A DNA stretch of 63,414 bases, filler included, from Octopus bimaculoides (GCF_001194135.2; 6 parts of 6 records of this genome joined end to end with filler, not necessarily neighbours in it), one strand, 5' to 3'. Shown: positions 13,220-26,225, numbered from the whole stretch's first letter. Translations and numbers: made by a program. The notes: generated from the letters alone by a model not told the origin.

Positions 13220-13943
13220 GGCGCAGGAGTGGCTGTGTGGTAAGTAGCTTGCTTACCAACCACATGGTTCTGGGTTCAGTCCCACTGCGTGACAAATTGG
13301 GCAAGTGTATTCTACTATAGCCTCGGGCCGACCAAAGCCTTGAGTGAATTTGATAGACGGAAACTGAAAGAAGCCCGTTGTATATATATATATATGTTGG
13401 AAGGTTTGGAGGTGATGTACAGAAATTATATTATAGAAAAAAATTAAGGTACTCAGAAATCTGGATGTTTGTACATTTACAGATTTTTATTAATGTCACA
13501 TGTTTTATAAATTAAATAAAGCGCTTTTCACCTAATCGTGTAGGATTTTCAAATTGTTTATGTATATCATCATCATCATCATCATCGTTTAACGTCCGCC
13601 TTCCATGCTAGCATGGGTTGGACGATTTGACTGAGGACTGGTGAAACCGGATGGCAACACCAGGCTCCAATCTAATTTGGCAGAGTTTCTACAGCTGGAT
13701 GCCCTTCCTAACGCCAACCACTCAGAGAGTGTAGTGGGTGCTTTTATGTGTCACATGTATATGTATATGTATGTATATGCTTGTGTATCTGTGTTTGTCC
13801 CTCTGGTGTGTTTATGTCTCCGTAACTTAGCAGTTCGGCAAGAGAGACCGAAAGAATAAGTCCTGGGGTCGATTTCCTCAACCAAAGGCGGTGTTCCAGC
13901 ATGGCCACAGTCAAGTGACTGAAACATATAAAAGAATAGAATA
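13220..13943 (+). mobile_element. tRNA-derived CORE-like SINE (family A), split by two later insertions
   Basis: Head ggcgcaggagtggctgtgtggtaag...gggttcagtcccactgcg...ttgggcaagtg at 13220-13380; tail ...gcatggccacagtcaagtgactgaaaca at 13770-13943. Confidence 0.85.
13567..13752 (-). mobile_element. Non-LTR retroelement 3' end with (GAT)n tail, RTE-like
   Basis: (CAT)n followed by cgtttaacgtccgc...gatgcccttcctaacgccaacc; near-identical to 19893-20085. Confidence 0.7.
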
Positions 13944-14289
13944 ACATAATGCAAGTTATGGATGATTCTTTTATGACTTCATTGCTTTCAGGCATAGCTT
14001 AGGTATTTTCACGTCTGACATCACAAAGTGCGCCAGAATAAACATTGCTGGACAGCAAATAGAGACTCGGACATTGCTTAGAAAATATTTTTCATTATTA
14101 ACCACGTATATAGTACGCATTAGGGATTTTGACCTTTAAATTTTGGGAAAGAAATACGGATTATACTCGAGGATTTACGGTACATACATGCATACATACA
14201 TACATACATACATACATACATACATACATGTATGTATGTATGTATGTATGTATGTATATGAGTATTAAAATCATAATATTTTCTACTAT

Positions 14290-14440
14290 AGGGACAGGGC
14301 TCGGAATTTTGGCAGAGAAGCTAGATGATTATAGTGACCCCAGTGCTCAACTAGTATTCATTTTATCAACCTTGAAAGGATAAAGGATAAAGTCAAAGAA
14401 TTAAACTCAGAAAGTAAAGCCAGCAAAAATGCTGTTAAGG
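14290..14440 (-). mobile_element. SINE family B, degenerate copy
   Basis: gaccccagtgctcaactagta...aaggataaaggataaagtca...aactcagaa is the reverse complement of the family B body. Confidence 0.6.
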
Positions 14441-14934
14441 CTTAATTTAAAATTCAACCATTCAGTGTACATATCTACTGAAAGATTTATAAATGATATG
14501 TAAAGTAATACATTATCTTACAGTTGTCACTGCTGTATTCACTGAATAGATGAAACAAATATGATAGATGTTTGCTTTATTTCTACTAATTTGTCTACCT
14601 CAAAGTAGACAATAAAATGTGTGCGTCTGTTGGAGTTATAGCCACATGTTAATGCATATGAATTCATAACAAGATAACATTAAAGAAATCAGGTGCAAAC
14701 ACATGAAACATAGGAACAAAACTCCCTCACACCACGTATATATACGTTTATATGAATATATATATATAATACATATCTATGTACACATACATTTACATAT
14801 ATCAATATACACAGATATATTTGTACAATACACAAATAGGTAAACATAAGCAAATATGTAAATTAAGTGGGACAAAGTAATAAAATATACTGAAATGTAT
14901 ATATTTGTATGAGCAAACATGCATTCTAATATAT

Positions 14935-15158
14935 TTTTATATCCTTGTATGTTGAGTGTATAATATAACGAAGTAAGGGAGAAGAAAGTATATACACAAC
15001 GCACTACTATTACACGAGACTCAACGCTCTCAGTCACGGCTCACAGTGAACTGCTTATCAACCCAAACTGCCAATCGGTCACAGTTCTTTATTTCATAAT
15101 AACGAGTCAGTCCACCTTTTAAGTCACTTGGAGGTGTGATAAGAATCCTTCCACAACA
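14935..15158 (-). repeat. Gypsy 3' LTR
   Basis: Aligns with 19547-19747 and abuts the PPT. Confidence 0.85.
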
Positions 15159-18100
15159 TCCCCCCATTTTAGAATCAGTCTCCCCTCACTTCTCCTCTTT
15201 TGAGAATTGAATCTGCTCAGAGTTTTAATATCTCTTACGCCTAGGGTTCAATTCCAGTGTTTCCGTTCTTTTTCTTTTTTTCGTGCTAGAACTTGTAGTT
15301 TCAAATTGTTTGGGTGTTGGTACCTCAAACATGTCGTTCAATACTTCTATGGGGATTTCATTTCTCATTACTGTTTTTCCTGTAAATCCTTTTTTAAGCT
15401 GATTAATGTGTCATTTATGTTCGACATTTTTCCTTTGACCAGGAATCACATTTTCCAGTTTGCTTAATAATTACACTGTTCTCCCAGTTTTCTTTACCAT
15501 ATCTATAGGCCTTAAAAAACTTTGTCACCTAATTTGAAGAATTTTGAAGTATATTTGTTGTTTAGCTTTTTTTCTTTTCACTCGATATCACTTTATCAAA
15601 GACGGATCTAACAAACATCAATTCTGCGGGTGACATTCCTGACGGTGTATTCAGATTAGGTGCTACTCAGTACACTCTTAGAAATTCTTAAAGTGCAAAA
15701 TTGTCAATAACTGTATTGTTTGCTATTTTTCAAAGCCCTCTTGAAAGTGTCAACAAAACGCTCCGCTTGTCCATTTAACCTAGGATGATAGGGCAGAGTG
15801 GTGACATGTTCGATGACGAACATTTTACAAGATTTTCTGAACTTATCTGACGTAAATTGAATTCCGTTATCAGAAACAATGGTATCCGAAATACCATACC
15901 TGGTGAACAATTCATGTAAAAAGCTTACTGTAACCACAGATGTCGGCCTTTTACATTGATGTACTTCCGGCTACTTTGAAGAACTGTTCACCACAACAAG
16001 GTAAAAATGAACTCTGAAGTGAACCTGCATAATCAACATGCAGTCTGGCTCATGGAACATCTGTTTTTGGCCACGGTTGCCATTTAGTGGTAGGTACTTT
16101 AGCAGCTAAGGCACACCCTCTGCATGTTTTCATTGATTCCTCAACGTCACAGTCCATTGTTAGCCAGTATACATAACTTCTCATTAACGATTTCATTCTC
16201 GAAATCCCTAGGTGAGTGATATGAAATTCTTTTAACAATCGCTTTTGTAGTGTGGCTGGCACTATGACTCTTTGTGCATACATCAACACATTGTCACACT
16301 GAGAAATAGTTTGCATTTGTGTTGTGAATATTTTTATCTCTTTTAGCCTTTAGTATTTCATTATTTTAATGAATCTATTGTTTTCCGATTTTAATTCTGT
16401 ATCTTGTAAAGTAACTTGCAGTCCACGAATGACGTTACACAAAACATTTTTTACTTTCATTTTCCACTCGCAAAGTAGCAATCTCGGTATCTTCAAATGG
16501 TTCCGCATTTTTCGAAATCAGTCTTGACAGACAATCCACATGACCTAATTTCTTGAAATCATAGTTTAATATTATTGTACCTCAACGTTGCAACCTATGA
16601 GCAGTATGGGTAGAAATTCTTTTTTTCACCTAAATATCGATAATAACGGACAATGATCAGTCTGTAGACGAAAACTTCTACAGGGTAAAAATCTGTGAAA
16701 TATTTTTATGGCAAAAATAATTGCTAGAGCTTCTTTTTCGATTTGACTATAATTTTTCTCTGCTGATATCAGAGAACGTGTGGCATGAACCACCACCTTC
16801 ATGTCACCATTTTTTATATTTATGTAGCATTACTGCACCTATACCGTACTCAGAAGTAACACTCTCTGTTGCAGGATCGAAGTGTGCTAACGATAAATCA
16901 GATATTAATATTTTTTAATTTCGTCAAATAACTTTTGACAATTTTCTGATCAATTCCATTTCATATCTTTTCTCAGCAGATTATTCAGTTCAACCCTCAC
17001 CTAATGCATATTTGGAATATAATTTTGGTAATAATTTGCCAATCCTAAAAATGCTTGTAAGGTCACTATATTTGTTGGAAGGAGCATATTTTTAATTGCG
17101 TCAGTCCTTCATAGGTCTGGTCGACGTCCATTTCTGTCAATGATTTGTTCTAAAAATCTTATTTTCGGTATGAAAAATTCACACTTTTCTTCACTCAAAG
17201 TAAAGCCGCAATCCCTAATTTTTTCGAATACATTTTCTATGTGCTCTATGTGTTAATCCCTGGATTCGCTTTTAATGAGTATATCATCCAGAATATGAAA
17301 CTGCGAATTCACAGTCCGCTAACATTGCATCCATGATCTGTTCAAAAATCATGGGCGCGACTTTTAAGTCAAATGGTAACCTTTTGTATTTATACAGTCC
17401 TTTATGTGTGTTAATTGTTAGGTATTTAGAGCATTCATCGTCTACTCTAATTTGTAGGTATACGTCAGAGATCCAATTTAGAAAATATCTTGCCATCATT
17501 TAATTTCGCAAAAATATCCTCTAGAGCAGGTAACAGATTGTGGCACATTTTAAGACATTCATTCAAACCAGTGGGAAAATAAGCAGACATTCTGATTTTA
17601 TTATTCTTTTTCTTAACGTACACAGTTGGTGATACCCATTCAGAGCATTTCACTTTTTGGACAACTTCAATTTTTCTAGTCTCTCTAAGTTTATCTGTTC
17701 TAACACTACAAATGGTACAGCTCATTTTTGTTTAAATGTTGGTATGATGTTTTCTTTTATTTGAAACCTCGCCTTCGTTTTGGTGCACAGACCTACTTTA
17801 TCAGACAAAACTTCAGGAAAAATACATCTTAATTTTTTTCAATTCATCTGACGACTTATTTGTACTAGACAAAAAACCATTCACATTTTTACAGAAAAGA
17901 TTTATGGGGAGGTCCCATACGTTAAATAATTCCATCTAGTTAGTTCTTAATAAGTTTGAGGTATTATCCAACTTTAGCTTTCAAGGTTTTTTCACAAAAT
18001 GTAATGTTACTTATCCATTCACCCTTAAAATATAATTTTTTTCCTGAAACACCATAGGTAATTTTCGAAGTTTCATTTAACTTAGGTCTCCCAATTTTTT

Positions 18101-18931
18101 CCATGTATCTGTGTTTATTATTGACATATCGCTGCTTGTATCCAATTGTAACTTTACGTTTGTGTTATTTTTACATACACAAATATCCTTTGAGGCTCGT
18201 TTGTATTTTTTGTCACTGATAATCCATTTACGTGATTTTTTTTTTAACGGTTTTTTAGGTTTTGTCCTGCAATGTGACTTTATGGCCTATTTTACCACAC
18301 TTGAAGCATTTTATATTTTTATTCGTTACCAGTCAACGCTCATGAATATGAGAGTAATCTTTTTCTTCAGTTTTATTTGTGTCATGCTGTAGATTTATAA
18401 TCCTCTGGCATTCTTCTGCTATTGCCTGTAGAGTTAGATTTTGGTTGTGTTCTAATTTTGTTAATATTCGGAAATGTATATCTGCATCTTTGTTTGCAGT
18501 AAGCCCTTCAACAAAAATTAAACACTTGTCTGGGGTTAATTCATTCAATTTGAATTTCTCACATTCTCTGTTAACCACACCGGCATAGATGAAGAAATCT
18601 TCATCTTTTTTGACCAAATTTAAACATTGCCAACGAGTATTGCACAGGGAACTTCTTTCAGTGAAAATTATCGGAAGAACAAACCTCACCTGGCTTCTTC
18701 AGCAGGTTATAATTTCTATATTTTTCGTGTTCAGCAGAGGTTACCTTTCTTAAAAGTAGTTTATTTTTTTCTCATCGGACCAACTTATACACTTTCTTAG
18801 AAGATTTCTTTGTATCTCCAAAAATATGTAGGGAAAGTAATCCTTACTTCTGGATTATAGCTAATTTCTTCAATTGAATTTGCTACGCTGTCTGGCGAGT
18901 ATAAACGTGAAGTAGTTTCAGACTTCTTCAA

Positions 18932-19090
18932 CTGGAGTGGCTGTGTGGTAAGTAGCTTGCTTATCAACCACATAGTTCCAAGTTCAGTCCCACTGTGTGG
19001 CACCTTGGGCAAGTGTCTCCTACTATAGCCTCAGGCCGACCAAACCTTTGTGAGTGGATTTGGTAGACAGAAACTGAAAAGATGCCTGTC

Positions 19091-19135
<45 letters not shown>

Positions 19136-19366
19136 CATATGTATGTATATATATCTTTGTATGTCTGTGTTTGTCCCCAAAACACCGCTTGACAACCGAT
19201 GCTGGTGTATTTACGTCCCCGTCACTTAGCAGTTCGGCAAGAGAGTCCGATAGAATAAATATTAGGCTTACAAAGAATAAGTCCTGGGGTTGATTTGCTC
19301 GACTAAATGCGGTGCTCCAGCATGGCCACAGTCAAATGACTGAAACAAATAAAAGAATAAAAGAAA
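18932..19366 (+). mobile_element. SINE family A copy inserted into the Gypsy gag region
   Basis: Head-core-(TA)n-tail structure as at 13220; Gypsy-derived sequence lies on both sides. Confidence 0.9.
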
Positions 19367-19546
19367 AATTAATTCCAGCAACTATTGGTTTTGTTGTAGT
19401 TGCTGCTGCTGCTGCTGTTGCTGTTACAACTGCTCCACAGAGGCCAATAAGTTCTCTATGTTAAATGATTTTTTTTCCTTTGGTTTCATACCAAAAAAAA
19501 AGAGAAAATTTTAAACGCCCAACACAAGGTTTGAACATGTCACCAC

Positions 19547-19747
19547 TTTTATATCCTTTTATATTGAAGTGGGGGAGTATATATACACTATGCACTACTA
19601 TCATATGAGACTCAACACTCTCAACCACGACTCACAGTGAACTGCTTACCAACCTGAACAGCCAATCGCTCATAGTTCTTTATTATATAATAATGAGTCA
19701 GTCCACCTTTTAGTCACTTGAGGGGTGGTCAATATTCTTCTACAACA
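19547..19747 (-). repeat. Gypsy 5' LTR
   Basis: Aligns with 14935-15158 and abuts the PBS-like motif. Confidence 0.85.
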
Positions 19748-19892
19748 TATACATTTATATATATATATATATCATGATACCTTCATTTATATACACACAT
19801 GTGCAAATATCTACACATACCAATATGCTAGCAGACTCAATGTACATGCTCTAATGTCATGTACAAAAGAAAGATATGTACTGCCACAAATA

Positions 19893-20149
19893 CATCATCA
19901 TCATCATCATCATCATCGTTTAACGTCCGCTTTCCATGCTAGCATGGGTTGGACGATTTGACTGAGGACTGGTGAAACCGGATGGCAACACCAGGCTCCA
20001 GTCTAATTTGGCAGAGTTTCTACAGCTGGATGCCCTTCCTAACGCCAACCACTCAGAGAGTGTAGTGGGTGCTTTTACGTGTCACCCGCACAAAAACGGC
20101 CACGCTCGAAATGGTGTCTTTTATGTGCCACCCGCACAAGCCAGTCCAG
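19893..20149 (-). mobile_element. Non-LTR retroelement 3' end with (GAT)n tail, RTE-like; runs into a gap
   Basis: Differs from 13567-13752 at only about 3 positions over ~170 bp. Confidence 0.7.
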
Positions 20150-20249
20150 NNNNNNNNNNNNNNNNNNNNNNNNNNNNNNNNNNNNNNNNNNNNTTAATTA
20201 ATTAANNNNNNNNNNNNNNNNNNNNNNNNNNNNNNNNNNNNNNNNNNNN

Positions 20250-20377
20250 GAGGTCGACTTTGCCTTTCATCCTTTCGGGGTCGATAAAATAAGTACACGC
20301 TGAACACCGGGGTCGAGATAATCAATTTATTTCCTCCCACCAAATTGCTGACCTTGCGCCAAAATTTGAAATCAATA
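20250..20377 (+). mobile_element. SINE family B 3' part
   Basis: gaggtcgactttgcctttcatcctttcggggtcgataaaataagtac. Confidence 0.8.
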
Positions 20378-20761
20378 CTTACAGGTTATTATTTATAGCT
20401 TATCTGCTTCAAGATCCAACTTTGCCAAAAATAATTATTTCATGTTCTTTTGAAGCTTATAAATTCTTATGACGACAAAGCGCGCGCGCAACTTCTTAAT
20501 AGTCACCATTATTGCTACCATGTATCACCCCTAATCTCCACCTGTACCATTGTTTAACATCTTGTTTCACCATCTTCCCCATTTCGCTAGAAACTTTCAC
20601 TACAGCACCCCAAACTCCGTCAGCTTCAGAATTCCCAGTCAATGATTGGCTTTCAGACAATCCATGGTCTTCTGCATAATATATATGTAGATCCCTTAAC
20701 TATTTAGCAAGCGAAACCATGAAACACTGGTAAATCATGGCGAAACACTGGATATATTGTG

Positions 20762-21200
20762 GTGCTAGAACATAACAAACCGGACCTAGTAGTGATGGAC
20801 AAGAAGCGCCACGTGCTATTTAATTGATGTAGTTTGCCTCTTTGACCTACGAATAGTCAAGAAGGAAGGCGAGAAAATAAATATATGCAATCTTCTCCAA
20901 TTCGAAATAGCCCGACAATGGACAATGAAGGTGAAGATAGTGCCAATAATTGTTGGGTTCTTGGGGACAATATCAGAAGGCATCAAGAGGAATATAAAGG
21001 AAATCGGAATAGAGTAACCAGTAGAACTGTTACAAAAGGCTTGCCTCCTTGGTATGGCCAGAATAATCAGGAAAGTATTATTTAGTTGAAAAGAACAGAT
21101 TAGCATGGTACCATAGGTTGCAGGCAGCAAGCCTGATACGCATGCAAAACTCCAGGAGTTTCAAAAATACCTGAATTAAAAATAATAATAATAATAATAC
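20762..21200 (+). mobile_element. 5'-truncated R4/Dong/NeSL-like non-LTR retrotransposon (restriction-like endonuclease C-terminus) with (AAT)n tail
   Basis: Frameshifted translation HNKPDLVVMDKK..IDV..D.RI.KKEGEKI...L.FEIARQW.MKVKIVPIIVG.LGTI...PVELLQKACLLG.ARIIRKVL*, then a 3' UTR and (aat)n at ~21180-21200. Confidence 0.85.
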
Positions 21201-21698
21201 AAAAAGGTGAGTCGAGTTGATCGTAGTAAAACACAATTTGTTGGTCTTTAGCACGGCTTGTATACAGAACACGGATAACTCGATAATTAATTAATAAAAT
21301 TATTAATCAATGCATCAAACAAAGTTCATCCCATGAGGGTATTAGAGAGAAAATTCCGACGACAGTTGCTATACAACGGTATTTCGATAGCAACAAGCGT
21401 TGCTTATATTATCAAATCTGTAACTAAATTATCAATGATTATCAAAATCTGTAACTTGATTATCAAATCTGATTATCAAATTATTTGATTATTAAATCTG
21501 TACCTAAAAGGGATGGAAGAAGTCGTTGATTTATTAAATACTACAATTGTTTCAAAAAGCACATCGGGTCTATGGTGCATAACATTTCGAATGACCTGTA
21601 ACTGCCCAGTGTGTTTTCTTCTCAGGTACAAATGTATTTATGCATGTATGTATTTGTGCGTATGTATGCATGCATGTATGTATGTCAGTGTTTGTGTT

Positions 21699-21762
<64 letters not shown>

Positions 21763-22359
21763 NNNNNNNNNNNNNNNNNNNNNNNNNNNNNNNNNNNNNN
21801 NNNNNNTTAATTAATTAANNNNNNNNNNNNNNNNNNNNNNNNNNNNNNNNNNNNNNNNNNNNAAAACCTATTTGTATATGCTCCACAAGGGAAAACAAGG
21901 AACATAGTTTACAATGAGGTGTTATAATCACAACAGCAAGAAAGTATGTACATGATCACCTTCTTTTACGAAACTTCATTGACTTTCATATATTTATATT
22001 GATATACATATATATATACGTGTGTTTGGGTGCGTGTGTGTATATACATCTCTATATATAAAGATGATGCATAGTCTAGACGGCGTTTTTAGATTTCATT
22101 ATTCTCTGCTAGTAATATAAATAATATTTAAATATATGCATTTATACATACATATATGTACATACCTACATGTATATGTATATATGCATGCATATATGGG
22201 TACAGGACATAAAAAAAAACGTTAAACACCATGAGAAGCGAAAACAGAAAACGAACCTTTTTTCAAACAACGAAAATAACAAACAGAGAAACGAGACATG
22301 CAACATAAAGAATATACCCCTTCTTCAGTTGTCCCTGTTTCATCTACTCTGCATATATA

Positions 22360-23400
22360 CTAGCAGAGATACCCAGCATTGCTCGGGATAAGAATGGCAT
22401 AGTTTGTATATAACATATTACAGTTATGTTGAAGTAGATAATATGGGAAAGTGCAGCATTTACAACAAAACATTTGTGGAGTAAATGATGGGTTAATTCG
22501 ACTAAGCAACATGCTATGCATCCGTTTAAAGTATTTCAGACCCTAACCTGTCATGGAAAATTGCGGGTGGGGGTTATGTGATTTTTGAACGCATCGCAAA
22601 GCTGTCTGTAGATATACTCTCTTTTGCAGCACTCAGCGCTGTGTCTAATACGACCCATCATCTGAAATGTTGACACCTCGTTTGGATTTATTGTCCTACA
22701 TCACTCATAAAGTAAATTTGGAGGAACTGTGGTTCTTCATTTGTGGGTAATAGGGAACCAATGAGGTAATACATTTGCCCTTGAACTTTGACGTCAGCAT
22801 AAATTCATGTTTAACTATCTTCTTAGATGCAGTAAATGATGTCATTTGAAATGCAGAGTTGTATTGTCTGATATTGCTCAGAAAATCCTTTGACTGGATG
22901 GAAGTGCCTTCTAGAAGATCCATAAGAGGTTGAAAAGGAGCTGATAGTGCTGGCAATGTTACCTGAGCAGCACATACCATTTGTTTCATTTGAAAATTTT
23001 AAAGCTCTACAGAAACGACAATTTGTGTTTAGCATACCAATTTGGACAGAGTTATCATTTTTATAAGAATGGGATGGATCACATCTGAAAACAGCTTCAG
23101 GAGTTGTGAAGAACGAATTTGTATGTAGTCTGTTTCTGAGAGCTATTCTATTGGACCTCTGTCTAATCATTAAAACATTGATTTAATGACCCAGCATTAA
23201 GTGCTGCAACATGCATTTGCTGATCTTGAGAAAAACTCATCTTGCTTCTCTCTTCAGACTCTTGCCTTTGGTTTTTTACAATCTTCCTTTATATTTGTTT
23301 CTGAAGAGATTATGTCTTATCTTTGGGGGCATATTTTTCCCAATATTGTAAACAAAAAGTTATAAACATAGAAATAAATTATACAGTAATCCTTATTTTT
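22360..23400 (-). mobile_element. Helitron remnant: N-terminal Rep-associated region joined to the 3' terminus
   Basis: IGMLNTNCRFCRALKFSNETNGMCC / LPAL..P..PL..LL.G....SKDFL.NIRQYNSAFQMTSF motifs; minus-strand 3' end CCCGAGCAATGCTGGG hairpin, 8 nt, CTAG|T at 22360. Confidence 0.85.
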
Positions 23401-24599
23401 GTAAGCAGTTATATGTATGTAGTATGTTTTTATTTTTGTATGCAGTATAAATTAACCACATAGAAGCACATGTATGAGATGCTAATTTAACAGTAAATGC
23501 CACAATAATTATTATAAATTTCTTAATATATGTATATATATATATAAATGTTAATTTAAGGGTAAATATGTAACCGTAAATACCTTGCAACTACTGCGAT
23601 AATTATTAACTGGTAATTGAATGGTAAATGTGTATTTTTATATACCTTGGACCTGCCACTGCATTGTGTTTTTGTCAAGAGTTTCACCTCCAGCCATTCG
23701 TTATGTCAGTCAACATATACACTGACACTCCATTCTGCTGTGGTGGCTCATTTTGGGTTTCTCCCACTCATTCCTTAAAAATTTATTTGAAGAGAGCAGA
23801 GATTGAAAGAAGAGAAAACGGAAAGGACAGAGAGAAAGAAAGTGAAGGAGAAGAGAAAGTGAAAGATGTATGTATGTGTATATGAAATGGATGTGTGTGT
23901 GTGTGTGTGTGTGCATGTGTGTGAGCGGGAGAAAGAGAGGTTGAGTGAGTGAGTGAAGGTGTGTGTCGTGATGATTGATGTGTTGCAATGATTGATATCT
24001 TTTAAAGTACACACACATTTAGAAAATGTGACATCATCGTCGTCATCGTATAAAATGTTTACGATAGCTGATTTATGGAAAAGATTGTAATGTTAGATTT
24101 TTGAAATGCAAATATGTGAATGGAAATTAAGTTTAATTTGTAGCCAAAATAGTAGTGAATCTTTTGATACCCCACACATCAAAATCGGTAACTCAGTTTT
24201 GGAATGCATAAGGAAAATATATATATATACATATANNNNNNNNNNNNNNNNNNNNNNNNNNNNNNNNNNNNNNNNNNNNNNNNNNNNNNNNNNNNNNNNN
24301 NNNNNNNNNNNNNNNNNNNNNNNNNNNNNNNNNNNNNNNNNNNNNNNNNNNNNNNNNNNNNNNNNNNNNNNNNNNNNNNNNNNNNNNNNNNNNNNNNNNN
24401 NNNNNNAGGACAGACTTCTTTCAAACTGAAAGTATTATCTCACATTACAATTGAAGATGTAATACTGAAATAATGTAAGAGATAAGAGATTGCTCTGGGC
24501 TCGCATTAGGCAAGAAGTTGGAAATTTTTTTGGCCCATGACACTGCATGGACCTTGGCTTTTGTATTTGATGACTGTTGCTTTAAGTATTTTATTTTGA

Positions 24600-25003
24600 T
24601 TTTCACTGACGTAGTGGTAAGAACAATGGGATATGTAACAGTAGTTTCAAATAAAAATAAAAATGGAAGCTTTAATCATCCGATGGACAGGCAAAAATAG
24701 CGACTCTCACTTGGAAGCTGACAGTTTTGAAAACCTTTTTAGATTACGAAATGCCCTGCTCTCCTATGTACCCATGTTTAAAATTTCAGCACGATTGGAT
24801 GAACAATGGCGGAAGAAACAGGACAAAAAGATTACAAAAATAGCGATTCTCACTTTGAAACTGACAATTCTGAAAATGGTTTTAAATTACAGAATGCCCC
24901 GCTGCCTCATGTATCCATGTTTAAAATTTCAGCGTGATCGGATGAACAATACTCGAGTTATAAGCGCATAAACAGACAGACAGAATGAGATTTATATATT
25001 AGA
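24600..25003 (-). mobile_element. Helitron/Helentron-like 5' end with an internal ~144-bp tandem duplication
   Basis: Minus strand starts A|TCTAATATATAAATCTCATTCTGTCTGTCTG; 24691-24807 is repeated at 24835-24950 and contains aaaatttcagc...gatcggatg. Confidence 0.55.
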
Positions 25004-25399
25004 TATGACAGGGTTACACACACACACACACACACGCACACACACACACATATCTATGTGTATAAGGCAGTGATGTTGCAGAATCATTGACGTGTCAGAT
25101 GAGATGCTTAGTGGCATTTCTTCCAGCTCTTTATGTTCTCAAATGCTGCCAAGGTAAACTTTGTGTTTCATCGCTTCAGGATCAATAAACTGAAGTATCA
25201 ATCAAGTACGAGGGTCTTTGTAACCACTTTGCTCCTTCACCATCTCCATCAAAAATATCTGACTTTGAACTGTGAAACAGAACTGTGTCCCATTCAGGGA
25301 AATGTGGGGATCTTGGTCACCTATACACATAGCTATCCAATCTTATGAATCCTTGGGCTCAAGATAGAAAAATGCATTTATATGAGTCTTAGTCTTTGT

Positions 25400-25587
25400 G
25401 ATCCCACCATCACTTGATAACTGGTGTTGGTTTGCTTATCTTTACTCCGATAACTTAGTGGTTCAACAAAAGAAATCTACAGAACAAGTACTAGGATTAT
25501 AAAACAAGTACTGGGGTTGATTTGTTTGAGTAAAATCCTTGAAGGCATTGCTCCAACATGACCACAGACCAATACCGAGTAAAAGAT

Positions 25588-25590
<3 letters not shown>
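25400..25590 (+). mobile_element. SINE family A 3' half
   Basis: aacttagtggttcaacaaaag...agtactggggttgattt...gctccaacatgaccacag. Confidence 0.7.
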
Positions 25591-25619
<29 letters not shown>

Positions 25620-25845
25620 NNNNNNNNNNNNNNNNNNNNNNNNNNNNNNNNNNNNNNNNNNNNNNNNNNNNNNNNNNNNNNNNNNNNNNNNNNNNNNNNN
25701 NNNNNNNNNNNNNNNNNNNNNNNNNNNNNNNNNNNNNNNNNNNNNNNNNNNNNNNNNNNNNNNNNNNNNNNNNNNNNNNNNNNNNNNNNNNNNNNNNNNN
25801 NNNNNNNNNNNNNNNNNNNNNNNNNNNNNNNNNNNNNNNNNNNNN

Positions 25846-25878
<33 letters not shown>

Positions 25879-25914
25879 TTATATATAAACTTGTGACCAG
25901 TGTAAAGGACGAAA

Positions 25915-26225
25915 GGCAAAAATCCACCTCAGCAGAATTTGAACTCAGAATGTAAAGATGGACGGAATTTAGCCAAGCATTTTGCCTGGCATGTTAACTA
26001 GTCTAACAGTTTGTGTCTGAGCTCTGTAGAATCTTGGTTTCAAATTTTGGCACAATGTCAGCAATTCCAGGGATGGGGGAAAGTCGGTTACTACATTGAC
26101 CCCAGTGCTCAACTGGTACTAATTATATTGACTCTGCAAGGTTGAACGGCAGAGTTGACCTCAGCGGAATATGAACCCAGAATATAGAGAGACAAAATAT
26201 TGCTAAGTACCGATTCTGCCAGTTT
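25915..26225 (-). mobile_element. Two adjacent SINE family B copies
   Basis: gaaaggcaaaatccacctcagcagaatttgaactcagaa and gttgacctcagcggaatatgaacccagaa. Confidence 0.75.

Larger units (their letters stand above)
13024..14180. mobile_element. Non-autonomous pogo/Tc2-like (Tc1-mariner superfamily) DNA transposon carrying nested insertions
   Basis: Left TA|CCGTAATCCTCGAGTATTGTCCGC; right ACGGATTATACTCGAGGATTTACGG|TA: ~25-bp TIRs with TA duplication. Confidence 0.8.
14935..19747 (-). mobile_element. Decayed full-length Ty3/Gypsy LTR retrotransposon
   Basis: Direct LTRs at ~14935-15158 and ~19547-19747 (start TGTTGT on minus); PPT AAAATGGGGGGA at 15159-15170; PBS-like TGGTGACATGTT at 19534-19545; gag-like 18333-18689; protease LDTSSD ~18120-18150; RT (RLPF...APMIF) ~17080-17720; RNase H (AEKNYSQIEKEALA) ~16720-16810; integrase zinc region 16050-16316 and core (VSDNGIQF, YHPRLNGQAER) 15704-15937; many stops and frameshifts. 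Confidence 0.95.
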
